Origin: Proteromonas lacertae
Taxonomy: Eukaryota
DNA length: 64,000 nt
Direction: 5' to 3'
Assembly: GCA_002245135.1 (NCBI GenBank)
Contig: NGBS01000002.1
Span: 248,001 to 312,000, forward strand
Shown here: positions 11,873-26,323 of the stretch, in pieces
Position numbering within the stretch: position 1 is the first letter of the stretch
Layout of the letters: every line of letters starts with the position of its first letter
Made by a program: the position numbers and the translations under genes
Notes under the pieces: generated by a model
The model's database searches: none
The model's input: only the letters and a program-made list of their open reading frames with translations
What the model was told of the DNA's origin: nothing

Positions 11873-13527
11873 ATGTTGTTTAGAGAGATTATTAGCAGAG
11901 TAAATAGATATTCAAGCTCATTTAATGCAATGTATTGCAGTAATGTATATATATTATACTATAAATTATCTTTCAGTTTTCAAATCTGACAAAGTTACTC
12001 CCACTTGAAGATTCAGTATTATATATAAATATTAATTGTTTATATACATAGGAATTTGAATTGTTTAGATCAATATCAGATAAATTAAATCCAAAATTAT
12101 GTCAAAATTTCTTATTATTTGGTAAATGGCTTGTACATAAATTAAATTCAAAACAAACAAATGATATTGATATTTTATTAGTATTTTATGTATAATTTAT
12201 ATATAGATTAATATTCCTTTATCAAATATTCAATATTTCTTTCCAACACCATCTTCTTTATCGTTTTCTGATTTTAAAACATCTAATACAATTAAATTCA
12301 AAGGATATAATATAAAGTTTCACATTTGTAACAGATCAAAAATAGTATGATTATTAGTTATGCTTTTGTCATTTTAGAAACCTAATGAAATAAAAGAAAA
12401 CTTGAAGATGTTTTCCAAGCAGACTATTCCTTTCACTATATATTCTATGTTTTACAATATATCAAATGGTATATCACATTTTATATTGACTATTACAATA
12501 GATACAATAATTGATCCACTTCAAGTAGGTATTAGAGATTTTAAACAGAAAAAACTTGTACCAATCATTAAACCACCATCTATATCATTTCAATCGAATC
12601 CTTTGCTGTTATTAGATATTTATAAATACACATCAATCGATTTTGACTGCACATTAGATGAAGAAATACAAAAATGTATAGATGATGTTTCAGTGTTAAG
12701 AATTCTTTTTATCAAATTACAGAACCAAAAATACAGACAATATATGAGAGATTTTATTAATAATTACGAAAATTTGCATTCTTTGCCTTACAATGCATAT
12801 AATTGTTTGTTTCATACGATATATAGTGGTTATAAAGGTAATAGAGATGATTATAATTTAGATATATGGGAAAGAGGATTAGCATTATGTAAATTATTTA
12901 CTGATCCACATATTAATAAATTATATTCGATTTTTCCTAGTTTGATATCAATATTTCAACCGTTAAATCAATTACAGATTATTTACATATCATTAATCAG
13001 AGTTCAATTATATTCCAAAAATAAACAGTTAAAAACAGATTCACTATTTGAGGATTGTAAATTAAGAGTTCATGAAATAGAATCATTTTATTCTGTATAT
13101 ATATATATATAATTATTAATGTAATTTTTAAATAGAGATCATTTTATTATGGAATTGAACCAAAAGAAAAACTTGTTATGTTGGATGTATTATTATCATC
13201 CTATCATTTTGAATTGTTAATTAATCATTCTGATATTCCACTATACTCAAGTATATAATAATAATATTCTTATATTATTATTATTTTTTTATTATTATAG
13301 CTGAAGAAAGTGAGATAATTTCACAATGGGAAAAACTCATCTTGAATAATAGTGAATCTTTTTTGTTTATCTTACATAAATACACACAATATGAATTAGG
13401 AATAATATTTTGGGGATTGAAACGATGTTTTTACAATTGTGAAGAAATATCTGAAGAATCGATATGTAAATTAAAACCTTTTGTTATTTTAATAAATATT
13501 CTAAAACAATATAATCATTACAGGTGA
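11873..13527 (+). CDS. Hypothetical protein (multi-exon)
   Basis: ATG 11873, ORFs 12402..13112 and 13342..13527 separated by GT-AG introns; no domain recognised. Confidence 0.5.
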
Positions 13528-13625
13528 TTATCAGTGTTTATTCTTCTTGATGTATATAAAGGTTAATTTAACAACAATAATACAATAATAAAATGATTGT
13601 TTTTATATTTAAATACGATATTGAT

Positions 13626-14246
13626 CTATTCATATTCTTCTGAAGTGTGTAATGTCAAGTATTTTATAAATTTGATATGAAGTGCTGTTCTATTGTCTCC
13701 ACTCAATATATCTTCAACAAATGTACATTCAACAGATATCTAATCTCATATATATATAGAATAAATAAGATATACATTAACCATTTCTAATGCACCTTTA
13801 ATTACACCACATAATAAATTACTATATCTCAAATCGTGATATTCTTCTGGTATTTCATTAAATAAAACAAAGGGATTATTTTCCAATATTAAATTACATT
13901 CAGTCTTCTCATCATTCCAATCTGCTTCAGAGGCAGTTGTACCAAGAAATAAATTGAATGCAGTAGTTCCTACTGTTTCTACAGTAGTTTGAAAATCTTT
14001 ACAAGGTTGTAAGGGTGTTCTAGATAAATATTCTTCTATTATTCTTGTTCCAATATTATATCTATATTATTTAATTAAATCATATTTTCTATACCCCATT
14101 TTCATTAATTCATCATTCACAGTATTCAAATCACCATAATCCTTTATTAATTGCATTACGCAAGCACCATATGTTAAAGCAAATAGTTCAACGCACACTT
14201 TTGGCATTTCTCCTCCCGTTGAATTTCGATTGCTATTCTTTGGCAT
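13626..14246 (-). CDS. BET3: TRAPP complex subunit Bet3 / TRAPPC3 (not in ORF track)
   Basis: ELFALTYGA, MG|YNIGTRIIEEYL, LRYSNLLCGVIKGALEMV; two GT-AG introns. Confidence 0.93.
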
Positions 14247-14311
14247 TTAAATAAACAAAAATAATAAGATACAAAAAATATATTCGTTTTATTATTTCTA
14301 ATCTTTCCTAA

Positions 14312-14901
14312 ATGTTGGTTTGTACTGCCATATTAGGCAAGAATGTATTATTTTATAAATCTTTAATATATTATAGAACGAATTATTATTTATACATCCA
14401 TACGGCGAAGCTAATCCGTTGAAATACCATTTTGTGTTACATGGAATTATAGGATCAATACCAGACCTAAGTATATTCTATGTTTATATTTTTAAAAGCA
14501 AAAAATCCTCCTCCTGAGTCATATCTTGGATTTTTAGGCCAATTAGCAAGTTATAGAGTATATCTTTTTGTTTATGTGAATATTTATATTGAAAAAATTC
14601 TTAACTGATTTTACTTATGGATATATTACTAATACAAATAATAAATTTCTAGTTGTGACAGATTCTGTGTCTGTAAATCATGAAGCTATGAATTCTGTAT
14701 TATTCAACCATTTGTTTTATATTTATATAGTTCCTTGCCGAATTTCATAGGCTTTATATAATAGTTTCATGTAATCCATTTCTCAGAATTAAAGAACCAT
14801 TTGTTTCAAAGCAATTATCACTTGATGTATGTTTATTTTATTTTTATTCCATTTAGCTTGATGAATTAAGAAGTAGACTAAACCAGTCGATTTGTTCATA
14901 A
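14312..14901 (+). CDS. TRAPPC2L: TRAPP complex subunit TRAPPC2L / Tca17 (sedlin-like; not in ORF track)
   Basis: Spliced MLVCTAILGKNNELLFI...LKYHFVLH...SYLGFLGQLASYRVYGYITNTNNKFLVV...LYIIVSCNPF; four GT-AG introns plus one AT-AC intron. Confidence 0.88.
14560..14614 (+). other. U12-type AT-AC intron (55 nt)
   Basis: ATATCTTTT...TTCTTAAC TGATTTTAC; removal gives conserved YRVYGYITNT. Confidence 0.92.
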
Positions 14902-15048
14902 TTCTTATTAATTATATATTTACATCTGTGTTATAGAAAGATTATTGATAGTAAATAACCGAAAAAACAGTCGAAATGACAAGAATTGAAATCTTTTATA
15001 TATAAACAAGAAAGCGATTATAAATTGCATCTTGACATTTTTCTAATT

Positions 15049-18000
15049 CTACTGAAATTGTTTTCTATTTCATTTGGCTGTAAATTAGAAATACAGAATA
15101 TCAACTGATGAACTATATTCAGATCTTCTTGGTTTTCTAGAACAAGTCTTTCATACTGATTCTATTTAAAACATAATAATATTAAAATACTCTAAATAGA
15201 AACCTAATTTCACTATTATTCTCAACAACTTCATCAGCAGTGAATTGTAAATCAAAAACCCATTTAACTTTATGTTTACCAACTATATATAATAATAATA
15301 GAATGTAAATTATACTATCAATGCAAATCACAGATTCATCTGTAACAATTAGTATCTCATATTTGTTCCAACTGTAACAACTGTATATGAAATGACCACT
15401 ATTAACCAACGATTTAAATAAACTAAATCCATATGCTTCAGTTTCATTGTAGTTATATATTATTCCTGTTTGATCGATGTATCTTTTATACCTTATTCTA
15501 TATAAATCATGTACTGGTACTAAATAGAGCTTTGTTCCTATAATCGATTCACTGAAACATTGAACAGCCTAACAATTCATAAATAGAAGAATTATATACT
15601 CCTGATATTGGATATAAGAAACCATGAAACACATTTTTTACAAATAATGGTAAATACTTCCAATATTTGTCAATAACTAAATTCTATAGAATTATATTAT
15701 AATATCTACAATACTTTAGGATGTTTCATCAAAAAACTATTGAAACTATATATCAAACTTCTTCTTAATGCTCTAAAGCCAACTTTGTAATCTATATTAA
15801 GGATAAAAACAAAAAAACATTATACGAATTAGTGGTTGATGAATAAAGTTTACTGAATCAGTAGGATAAACATCAAGATGTTGTTTGATTAATAAATCTA
15901 TATATAAAAGAATAATTAATAGATGTATTAATACTAAATCCACCAAATAGTTTTTCTATAGTATTCAATAATCCCCACAAACTGTGACAAAAGAATGATG
16001 CAATACCTGTCTTTATTCCATCCATTGTTATACCTTTGAATGATTTTTCCATCAATTGACTTACTCCAGTTTTTATACTTCCAAATAACTGTAATGGATT
16101 TCCTATGATATTCAATGAACCAATTAATAAATGGATTTGAGATATAATTAGAGGAGTATAATCTAATATTATTCTACTGATAATAGATTCACTGTAATCA
16201 ATAATATCTTCCATTTTAACTTCTTTTATATTTACATTTGCTTGATCAATATTCAATAACAATGTACCAACTGTTTTTATTATTCCTCTAAACCATAAAA
16301 AGTAAGGTGATTGGCTGGGTAGAAAAGAATCCAACCCATGAGAGATGGTCAAAGTAATTGATAATTGAATTGGTTTAATATCCATAGATTTAATTAAATA
16401 TTTGTTTGCATTTGATTCAGTAGGAGGATGAATTAATATAAAACTAGATGACAATATAATTCTTATAATATACTGTGAATATGATTGAAGTATAGAGTTT
16501 AGTGTTTTCTTTTTCACATAATAGCAATCATCAATATCCACATCATTTAAAACTTTTAACAGATTTATCAAAAGAACATCATGAAATTTAACATCCAATG
16601 CCTATAAGATATGAAAAATAATCTATACAGGTATTTTTAAATCTATTGAATCAATGATTGAACTACTTTTCATTTTTACTGATAAATCCAATGGTTTGTA
16701 ATGACAAGATAGAACTAAAGGGTATATTGATTCTCCACTTGTATCACTTAATTCTATATTAGATAAATTGGTTTTAAAACATAAATAGTCTTTGTTCTTT
16801 TCATACTCTATGTTGATTGTATTTAAAGATAGATTGCATATTTCATTTGGATTATTATCATATAATGTTACACTCACTTCATTAACTAATACAGAACATG
16901 ATATTTCACTAATTACACTTTTTACAACTGGGTTTGATTTAATACTAATGTCAATACTAGTCTTATTTATATCATTCACCATTAATAGTGATTGAGAGTT
17001 TATATGACTGTTATAGGTATATATTATTTTACCTAACAAACTATCCTCAACATTTTTAGCTAATTTCGTATTTAGCGAATAATATTCTGTAAAACTATCA
17101 ATATAATTAGAATCCAATTTCTGTTGAGATTGATTATTATCAACCTGCATAAATGAAGTTTTGTTAATCAAAGAACTTTCATCACCAACTTGATAAGTTA
17201 ATATGAATATTTCACTTAAACATTCTCTCTCAGATAAAGGAAGTGTAAAATTCCAGATATATTCATACACATTTGGTGTTTCAATTTCAACTACACATTT
17301 TTTCTTTCTTGATAAAACAATGTTTATATTATCAAAATTATCAATTGTAGCTTCAAAGTTATTCACTTTTATTACTTCTGATCCTGGAATTAACATTGAA
17401 TACTTTGAAGAATCTATTGAAAATAATAACCTGTTAATTACAATTCTATCATTTATTAATTTTATTGTGAAATTTGGGATTATACTATACCTTACTCTCT
17501 GATTTTCTATATGTTTTGATGTTGATAATATTTCACTATGATAAACATTATCAATGGTTTGAACAGCTAAATATACTGGTTTACTATTATTACTCTTTGC
17601 TAATACTCGTGTCTTAGTAATAACAAGTGTATTATCAATATTCTGATTTGGTTTTAATAAAAATGTTGATGATTCTGTCTGATTCTTTTGTAAAGATGAG
17701 CAATATTGATACTCTTTATCATAATACTGAATAACTTGCTTTGAATGTTTCAACATTTTTGAAAGGATGGATTTTCTAAATTTGGTGTTATCTTTATGAT
17801 GATCGTCACAATGATTAGTAAATCCAACATTTAAGAATAAACAACAGTTAACATTCTCATTCTCATTCTTTTCATTACTTTTGTGGTATAAATAATGCAA
17901 AGGTATTGCCATTTTAGTTATTTGATCACATTTCAATTGACTTACATCGATTTGTCCACATGCTATATAATTATGAGCATTTGTATATCCATCTCCAATA

Positions 18001-21000
18001 AATATATCGATAATACTCTGAACTTTTATTACTAACAACTGATAAAAACCTACATTTCTACCTGAATATGCTGTTGTGCAAGAGACAGAATCACTTTTTC
18101 TATTATCAAATAGACAAGCAGTACCTTTCGTATGTTTGGGTAAATTCAATGCATACAACACTTTAATCACTAAATATTCTGGTCTATAATCAAAACATAC
18201 TTTATTTAATGGAAGTTTTATTTGTTCTAAAGCATTTACCATTTTTTGTTGATATGCTATTTCTTCTTGAAGAATACTAATTCTTTTGCTAATATCTTCT
18301 TTCTTTAATGATAAACTTGGAAGTTTATTAGATGATATGTGTAAAATGAATTGATTATTCACATATTCAACATTGATGAAGAAATGAATAACATCTTTAT
18401 CATCTTTATTTTTCGAATTAACAACATCTAATGGAGTTTGAGTTATTGATGATGTAAATTTGTAAGGAATTTCAAACAGATATAAATTCTTATAATATGA
18501 ATCAATATCAATATCATCTGAATGAACTACATATGGTTTAATCAGAATATAAATCTGTTTACTCTCATTAGGATGAATAAATCCAAACGAACTTCTTGAT
18601 AATGGTAATAATGATTGGATAGTATTAGTGTTAGTATTCTCTTCATAGATTAAAACGCTATGATTCAGACAATCGTTCACTATTGAATGAGAAGTTAGTT
18701 CTTCAGCTACATCATTCATACATAAAACAATCGAACCTTTGATTATAATATGAGATATATTAATATATTTACTTCTTCTATAATTCCGAGTATATAATCT
18801 TATCGTTATTGGATCATTATCAATTTTGATACTTCCTGACCAATTCCATCCTTCACCTTCTTCATCAATTTCATTAATTTGAATCTGAATTGTTTGGTTT
18901 TCATTTAAACAATTCCATTGAAAAGGCAAAGACGTATGAGAATCAATCTTTTGAAAATTTGTATCAGCTGTTTGTCTGATATTGATTGAATTTATTGATC
19001 CATTCCATATCCAATATAAAGGTAAGATTTCTATTATCTTTGTGTGAAAGTAAATATCATCTAACACATCTCCTGTTATTTTTACATCATAATGAAGAGA
19101 ATTATTTTGATACAATGGAATCTGTGTTGATGTAGGTATATTAACTGAACGAATGTAAAAAGGTTGCGATTGAATTCCATTATTTTGATCAGAAAATGTC
19201 AATACCATCTCATTTTCATTTGAAAAACTGACTGATGTAATTTGTGATTCCCAATCAGTTTTATCATATATCTTCTTTTCTTCTACACACAACTGACAAT
19301 AACTAATTGGAAGATTAATAAATGCCTTGTTACATTTCACATAAGTGAATAGCTGAATACCAGAATGATTAATTATCCATATATCAGAATAAAAGTATAA
19401 TGAATAAGATCCATTTGACAATTTCATTAAATCAATAGAGATATACTTCACTTTTCTTTGAATATCATGATCAAATGGAATAGTAATTGGTTGATTAACT
19501 GCTAATGGAACTGATTTTGAAATAGAATCGTTCTTATATTGGCTTTTAACAGTTATGAAAAACTCTTCATCTTTAAAATTCTGTCTTATAAAGATATTTT
19601 CGTTTTTCATTTTTCTTATTCTTTGGTTAAGCACAACTTTTTCAAATGCATTTGTTATTTCATAACTAATATCATAAAATGTAGTATTATAAACTGTTAA
19701 TGGAGATAGTATATTTAACTTGTACAACCTGGCAGTTGAATTATCATTAATTGAATGTGAAACAGATGTTTGAATATAACATAATAAGAATGATTTTTTA
19801 CTGAATGAAATATACATTTGACCATTACCTTTACCTTTATCTATTATATCAGAAATCTGAATTATATTTGATTCTGTATTCTTAAATTCAAACTGAATAT
19901 GACTGTTTAATTCACAATACTTTATTGGTATATAATATTTTGATTGGATAGTATGAGTTTCAATCATTTCCTTTTTATCGTTATACAAATTGATCTTTAA
20001 ATTAAGTGATTCATGAACAATAATTTGAAATGCAGATTTTATTACTAATGATTTATTATTATCACTTAAACTAGTATCAATTATTACAGGTAGAGTTGAT
20101 TTGTTATATCTTATATTATAATGCGCAACTATGCATTTATCTATATCAATAGACAAACTGTCTGTTTCATATCCTATTTGAAATTGAATAATTCTATTAT
20201 TATCTTCTTCTTTCATATTCATATTATACATTGAACAATTTGGTATATCATTTATTCTCTCTTTCAACTTGTTTTGATAGTATGTCGAATTCAAAGGTTT
20301 ATTACTTAATGAAAGAGACAAATCTAGTTTAGAAATGTAATTCACTTTATTATTATTTATTATCTGTAATAAAGTGTCTGACCATTCAGTGAAAGAATAA
20401 ATGGTTGTAAATTGAAGAATGACACTTTCATCATCATCTAAGAATAATTCTATCTGTAAATCTTCAATACTTGCTTTAACAGATGATAGTGGTGATATTA
20501 TTGATTTTGAATCACAGTAATTAAATAACAGTAGTTTGTCTGAATCTAGAGTTGAAACTAGGTATAGTCTATTCTTTATATCTCTAATTGTGGTTGAGAG
20601 AAGATTGTGTTGTGAAGTAATATGTTTATTTTCTATAGGAATTGAAACATGATATAAAGCTAGTCCTGAATAATTATATATTATCAGATTTGATGTTCTT
20701 TTGATATCCTTTTTATCATTCAATATATACTTGTATTTATTTAAATAACATAATACTTCATTCATAAATGAAGGTATAAAGTTAATCTCTATTGTCTTAT
20801 TCTCACCATTTCCAAATAAAAATACATATATGGCTAAGGTCACTTGATTCTGTTCAACCTTAATTGTAATATCCATTTTTATAGTAGATTCCTCTAATAC
20901 TGGCTGCCAATGCGATAATGATCTGTCGAAGTAAGACAATGAACATGATGTATTCAAATGTAATGCCATTGCATCATCTAATATCAATGAAATCATTGGG

Positions 21001-24000
21001 ATTTTAAATAACAAGAACGGGTATGTTGACGAATAGACATCAGAGATAAAATAAACAAATATATTCTTTATTGAAGTTTCCACATTCAAAACATACGAAT
21101 AAGATGAAAGAACTGATAATAATGATGGTAAACTACTTGTTGATTCCTTTTTTTCTACATTCTTAGATTCATTTAAAAGAGGTAAAAGTAGTGTACCATT
21201 TATTCTTATATTAATTGGCATTAACGAGATAATTTTCAAGTTAATAGATCTTTTAATCATATTCACTGAACAAGTAATATTAAATGGAATTGATGTAATA
21301 AGTTGATTTTCAATTGTATCTTCTAACAATAGGATATCTGCTTTATTACATAAAATGCAAATGGTCAAGTTTTTATTGTCTTTGCTATCAACATATAAAC
21401 ATGATAATGTTAAATTAAATAATACTCTAACACCTATCTCTTCATACACAGAAACACATGCATTGTTAATATTGACTGTTAGTAGAATTGGTGAATAGGA
21501 AAATAATGGTTGATTTGAACTACCAGAATCTGGAGAAGATGCAAATGATAATGAATCTATAATAGCTACAACATGATCTACAAATTGATTTAAATGATTT
21601 GAAACATTCAATATAGGTAAATCTATATCCATCTTTGCATAACTATCAGAACATTTGCTAAACATAGATTCTACTTTCAGGAAACTACATAGTTCATCAT
21701 CTCCAAATTGACATATTGTGTAATTATCATTCATGTTATCTTTCAGAGTTATATATTCTAGACCAGCTTTAATAATTACAATTGAATAACTCATAGTAAT
21801 AACAGCATTTATCTGTTTTATATTCATTTCATAGTTTATATCTTTTTCTACTAGAAAAGCAGATATTTTGTTCATATTAATCTTCAATCTAATAAAAGAA
21901 CCTGATGATTGAGAAGATGATGAATTAGATGAATTTTTCTTTTGAGGTTGTAGTATTGAAGATAAGTTTGAATCATTAATAGACATTGTTAAACTTTTAT
22001 CATTCTTTGAAAAATTATATGAATGTAAAATTGCATTAATTGTTTGAACCGATTCAATTCTTATAGTAACAACAGTTGAATCAATCACTATGTTTAAATA
22101 ATCATAAGAATTATGCTGTGATACTATAATATTAGGGATAGTAAGAATGGTACATTTTACATTACTACTATTTGAGAATACTAATATTTCACCAACATTT
22201 GCTGAACAAGATTCTATGCTACTCCACAATGATAAATCACATGCTGAATGAGATATGGATAATTCTAAAAATTCAGAAATATTTAATGAATTAATTAACT
22301 TGGCTGAAAATGAATTTAACTGGACTGAGATAATAAATGGATTTGATACGGGATATGTACTTTTTTGTGAAGATGATTGAAGTGATTGAAATATTTTTAG
22401 AGAATAAACCTCTCTATATAAAAGAACTAAATAAGTAGGTAATAATTCTGAATATATATCCCCCACACTACATTCGATTGTAGTGATTGAAGAATCTTTA
22501 TTAGTTTTCATTGATAAAGCTACAGCATCAGAATTTTGTGAATGAATAAACATTATATTATTCCGTTTATGATTCTCTACAAAAAGTGAAAAAACTGAAA
22601 CATCTACACATGAATTGAATAAGGTTTGATAAATGTTTATAATTGATTTATTTATATCTAATTTACATAACTGAACATTCTCATCTGTTTGTAAAACTAT
22701 TGAAATTTGATCTATAGAAACTCTCAAATCTATCAATTTCTTATCAAGTTTCTTTGACAATTCCGAATATACACTTCGTTTGGATTTTGATACTAGAAAT
22801 ACCATTTTTGATTGTAATAAATAATCAAAAGTGTCATTATCTCTTTCTTTATTTGGCAGTATTGATGTTGATTCAAAAGAAGTTTTTTCAATTATGCTCT
22901 TAATTGATGGTGAGTTAAGAAAATAAAATAAAACTTCATATGAGTCTTTGTGAATATTAATTAGAAAATTTTGTATATCAATATCAACTGATTGAATTGG
23001 TTTTGAAAATGAACAATTGTTTGACAAATGATATACTTTGTCATATTTAATAAGGAGAAATGGAACAGTTGAAATAGAATTAGATGATTGAAATAAGTAT
23101 AACATATTTTTATTATTCTATTACAATAATATAGAAGATGTTTAATATACTCTACTATTCCCCATCAAATAGTTATTTATAATATTCAATTTGGCAACTG
23201 AAAATGAAGCGCTAGTACTATAATATAATTGCATCAATTTAGTTGATATATGATGAATAGAAAGTGTTACAATTGGATCTATTAAATAATGACTATGATA
23301 AAAATAAATATACTTGGATTGCCTATTGATATACCTATATGATTTATATTACAACTAACATCAAATAAAACAATTGAGTATCTATCATAGGTAGAATGAC
23401 GATAAATGAGTTGAGATGGTTTTTGATAAGGAGATATATCCGCTTTCTATAAATTACAAAATAAAAAAGATGATATATAGTATATAATACATGTAAAAAC
23501 ATTCCATCTAAATTACTGGAAAAAGATTTACACTTTCTTAAAATGCGTATTTTTACATGTCTCTTTTCTTCTGTATAATGATTCACCAATTCTAAAGTTT
23601 TGTTATACAATGACTGACTAATGTTACTATCAATTGAATTAATAGAGAAAGAAATTGAAAATGATGGTTTATTTGATGTTTGGTAATATAAATTCCTTTT
23701 AATAACAAGTGATATAGATTTTATAACCAACAATTCATTCTATGAAATACTAAAATATAAAATTTATACAGTTATGTTATAATAATCTACATAACAAGAC
23801 ATATTCTCTATAGATAGATTATATTTGTCATGCGAATTACCTCTATAATATTTTTAATAACATAAACAGTATCATACGTATGTTGTTGTGCTAATAACTT
23901 TACATCGTCTATGCTTATTCTTAAATCAAAATTCTCTTCGTGAAACATTGATGGAACTATAACAGAACAGCCATAGAATTCAATGTCAAAATGACTTTCA

Positions 24001-26291
24001 TTATTTGATTGTAATGAATCTGATAATGATCTATGAATCTCGATAATATTAAAAGGATAGATAAATTGGTTTGTTGCAACATCAACATTGATAGATTCTT
24101 TAGTTGGTTTAATGTAGATATCATATAGGCACTTAAAAAGCTTCCAATCAAATGCAATTATAAACGATTGAATTCTAACAACAGTCTTATCAGATGATTC
24201 AGTATTATCTGTTGAATGAAGTAATGAATAACTTAATGAATTCTATGATTATAATGTAATTATATATATATATATATACTTCTATATTATTATTATCTTT
24301 GTATAATATTTTGGGATATTTTTTACTTGTTAGATTTTTAACTTCAACATTCTCTATTTCAAAACCAATATAAAAAGGTTGTTTTTGATGGATAAGATAA
24401 AAATTGGTATTATAAATATCTAGCGATAATAAAGGATCTAAATTGTTATAAACTCTAAAACTAAAGGATTTTAAAGAAAACTGAAAATAGGATAGAATGT
24501 CATATGTATCACATTCTGTATATTGAGTTTGAGATAGAGGATCAATTTTCAATTCTGAACATAACTTATAGTATAATTCTTCTTTCGTTTTTTCATTTCG
24601 ACTAATAATCATAATCAATACAAATATATACTGTTGTGACAGATAGAGAAACAGTCTCTCGTTGTTTACGTCACTTTCTCCTGTTTCTGAATATAACATT
24701 GACAATTTCACTTGTTTTCTCCACTTTAAAACAGATTTTAAACTTATATTCTCTTCTATCTTATTGAATGCTTGTATTATTTCATAAGGTATATTTGAAT
24801 TGTTTTGTAGATGAATCTATAAAAAAATATACAGATTTATATGATTTTATAAGAAATACAAGTAGTTGTTTGTATATTGGAACATATTTTTTATACTGCC
24901 TTTTACTTGTTAAATTCTGTTGATATTTTCTTTCATTAATTATTCTTGATAATACTATTTTCCATTGTAGTTTCTTATTTGCAGATGATGATTTTTGCTT
25001 AGAATAGTAACTTGATATAGACACTATTGACTGGTATTGCTGTTGGTTAATATTGATACATAGATTACTACAATCTACTTTGATTGTGTATATTGCACTA
25101 CTAATATTGATGTATGTCAAAGCACAATTATAAATATTATTAGCTCTATATACATTTTATAATAAATACAACAATTATATACAAATCAATATTAGTTTGA
25201 CATATAGGGTTCTTAATAAATGATTCATAAATACCTTCTGTATCTGTCAATAAAACACTATTCATAGAATGTAGTAAAGTAGATAATAATTCATCTAGAA
25301 ATATAGATATATCAGAGTATATACTCATTAAATCATTATTTTCATTTATTTTTAGTCTAATTTTAATGTAATTATATATTTCTGCAGATGTATTTCTTCT
25401 TTTACTTTTATCTCTTTGATCAAAAATAAAGTTACATTCACAACTAAAAGGTTCAATTAGAAAATGGTGTGGCAAAATATAAAAATGATTATGCTTTTGG
25501 AAGGGAGAACCCATCAATGTAACAAATTTATTTGAATTATTACACAGCCCTATTTTTGATTTGTTACAATCAAAATACACTCTTAATTGATTGAGTGATA
25601 TAATTTTCTTTAAAATTGATGAGAATAAATGTGATCTATCTGATGATTGTGTTGAAAAAGAATCAATTATTATTCCTGCTGAAAAAATTGGAGCTATTTC
25701 AGTTCTATTAAATGAATATAATCTATTATACTCTGTGTTTTCATATCTAATATGAATATTCTTAATTTGAACTTCTACTTTATCAGCAAGATTACTTAAT
25801 AATTTTGACACAAATCCCTCAAAGAAGAATGATCCTGGAAATGATGAGGATGATACGTTATTATTACTATTTGTCTATGAATATAAGATATGAGGATAGC
25901 TAATACTCTTCTTCTTGGTGGATTTGTATTTTTCTTAATTTCTTTTGGGTTTCTTTTCACTGATTTAACTAACAAAAAAATATTTTCTGCCACTATTGAA
26001 ACATGTGAAATGAACCAATTCTTCCAACATATCTATTTGTAAGTGATTATTCAATTATACAGCAATATTCAATTTTCCAATTAAACTATCTTCTACAACT
26101 ACAAAATCATTTAGCTGTGATAAAGATTGTTTTTTAAGTTTCTAAATAACAAAATGATTCTATCTTTATACCAAATTCTCAAATTGTAATTTACCATCCC
26201 AGAATGATAACTTCACATCATTTTTGTTGATACCTTCAATATAATCTCCTAAGAAATCAGACAGAATACCCGAAAGAAAGTTTTCTAACAT
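15049..26291 (-). CDS. VPS13: VPS13-family lipid transfer protein (multi-exon, ~11 kb)
   Basis: Chorein-N start MLENFLSGILSDFLGDYIEG, IKNIHIRYE, WQPVLE, WNWSG, IGSLNIIGNP; exon boundaries approximate. Confidence 0.88.
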
Positions 26292-26323
26292 TTGAAAGAA
26301 TACATGTATTAATGTGTATTAAC

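Noticed and set aside
13740..13775. BET3 intron starting GTATATCTTATTT resembles a shifted U12 donor
   Set aside because: Normal GT-AG termini, 36 nt, no TTCCTTAAC-like branch site
14280..14960. ORF-free gap that first looked like an ncRNA locus
   Set aside because: Fully explained by the six-exon TRAPPC2L gene
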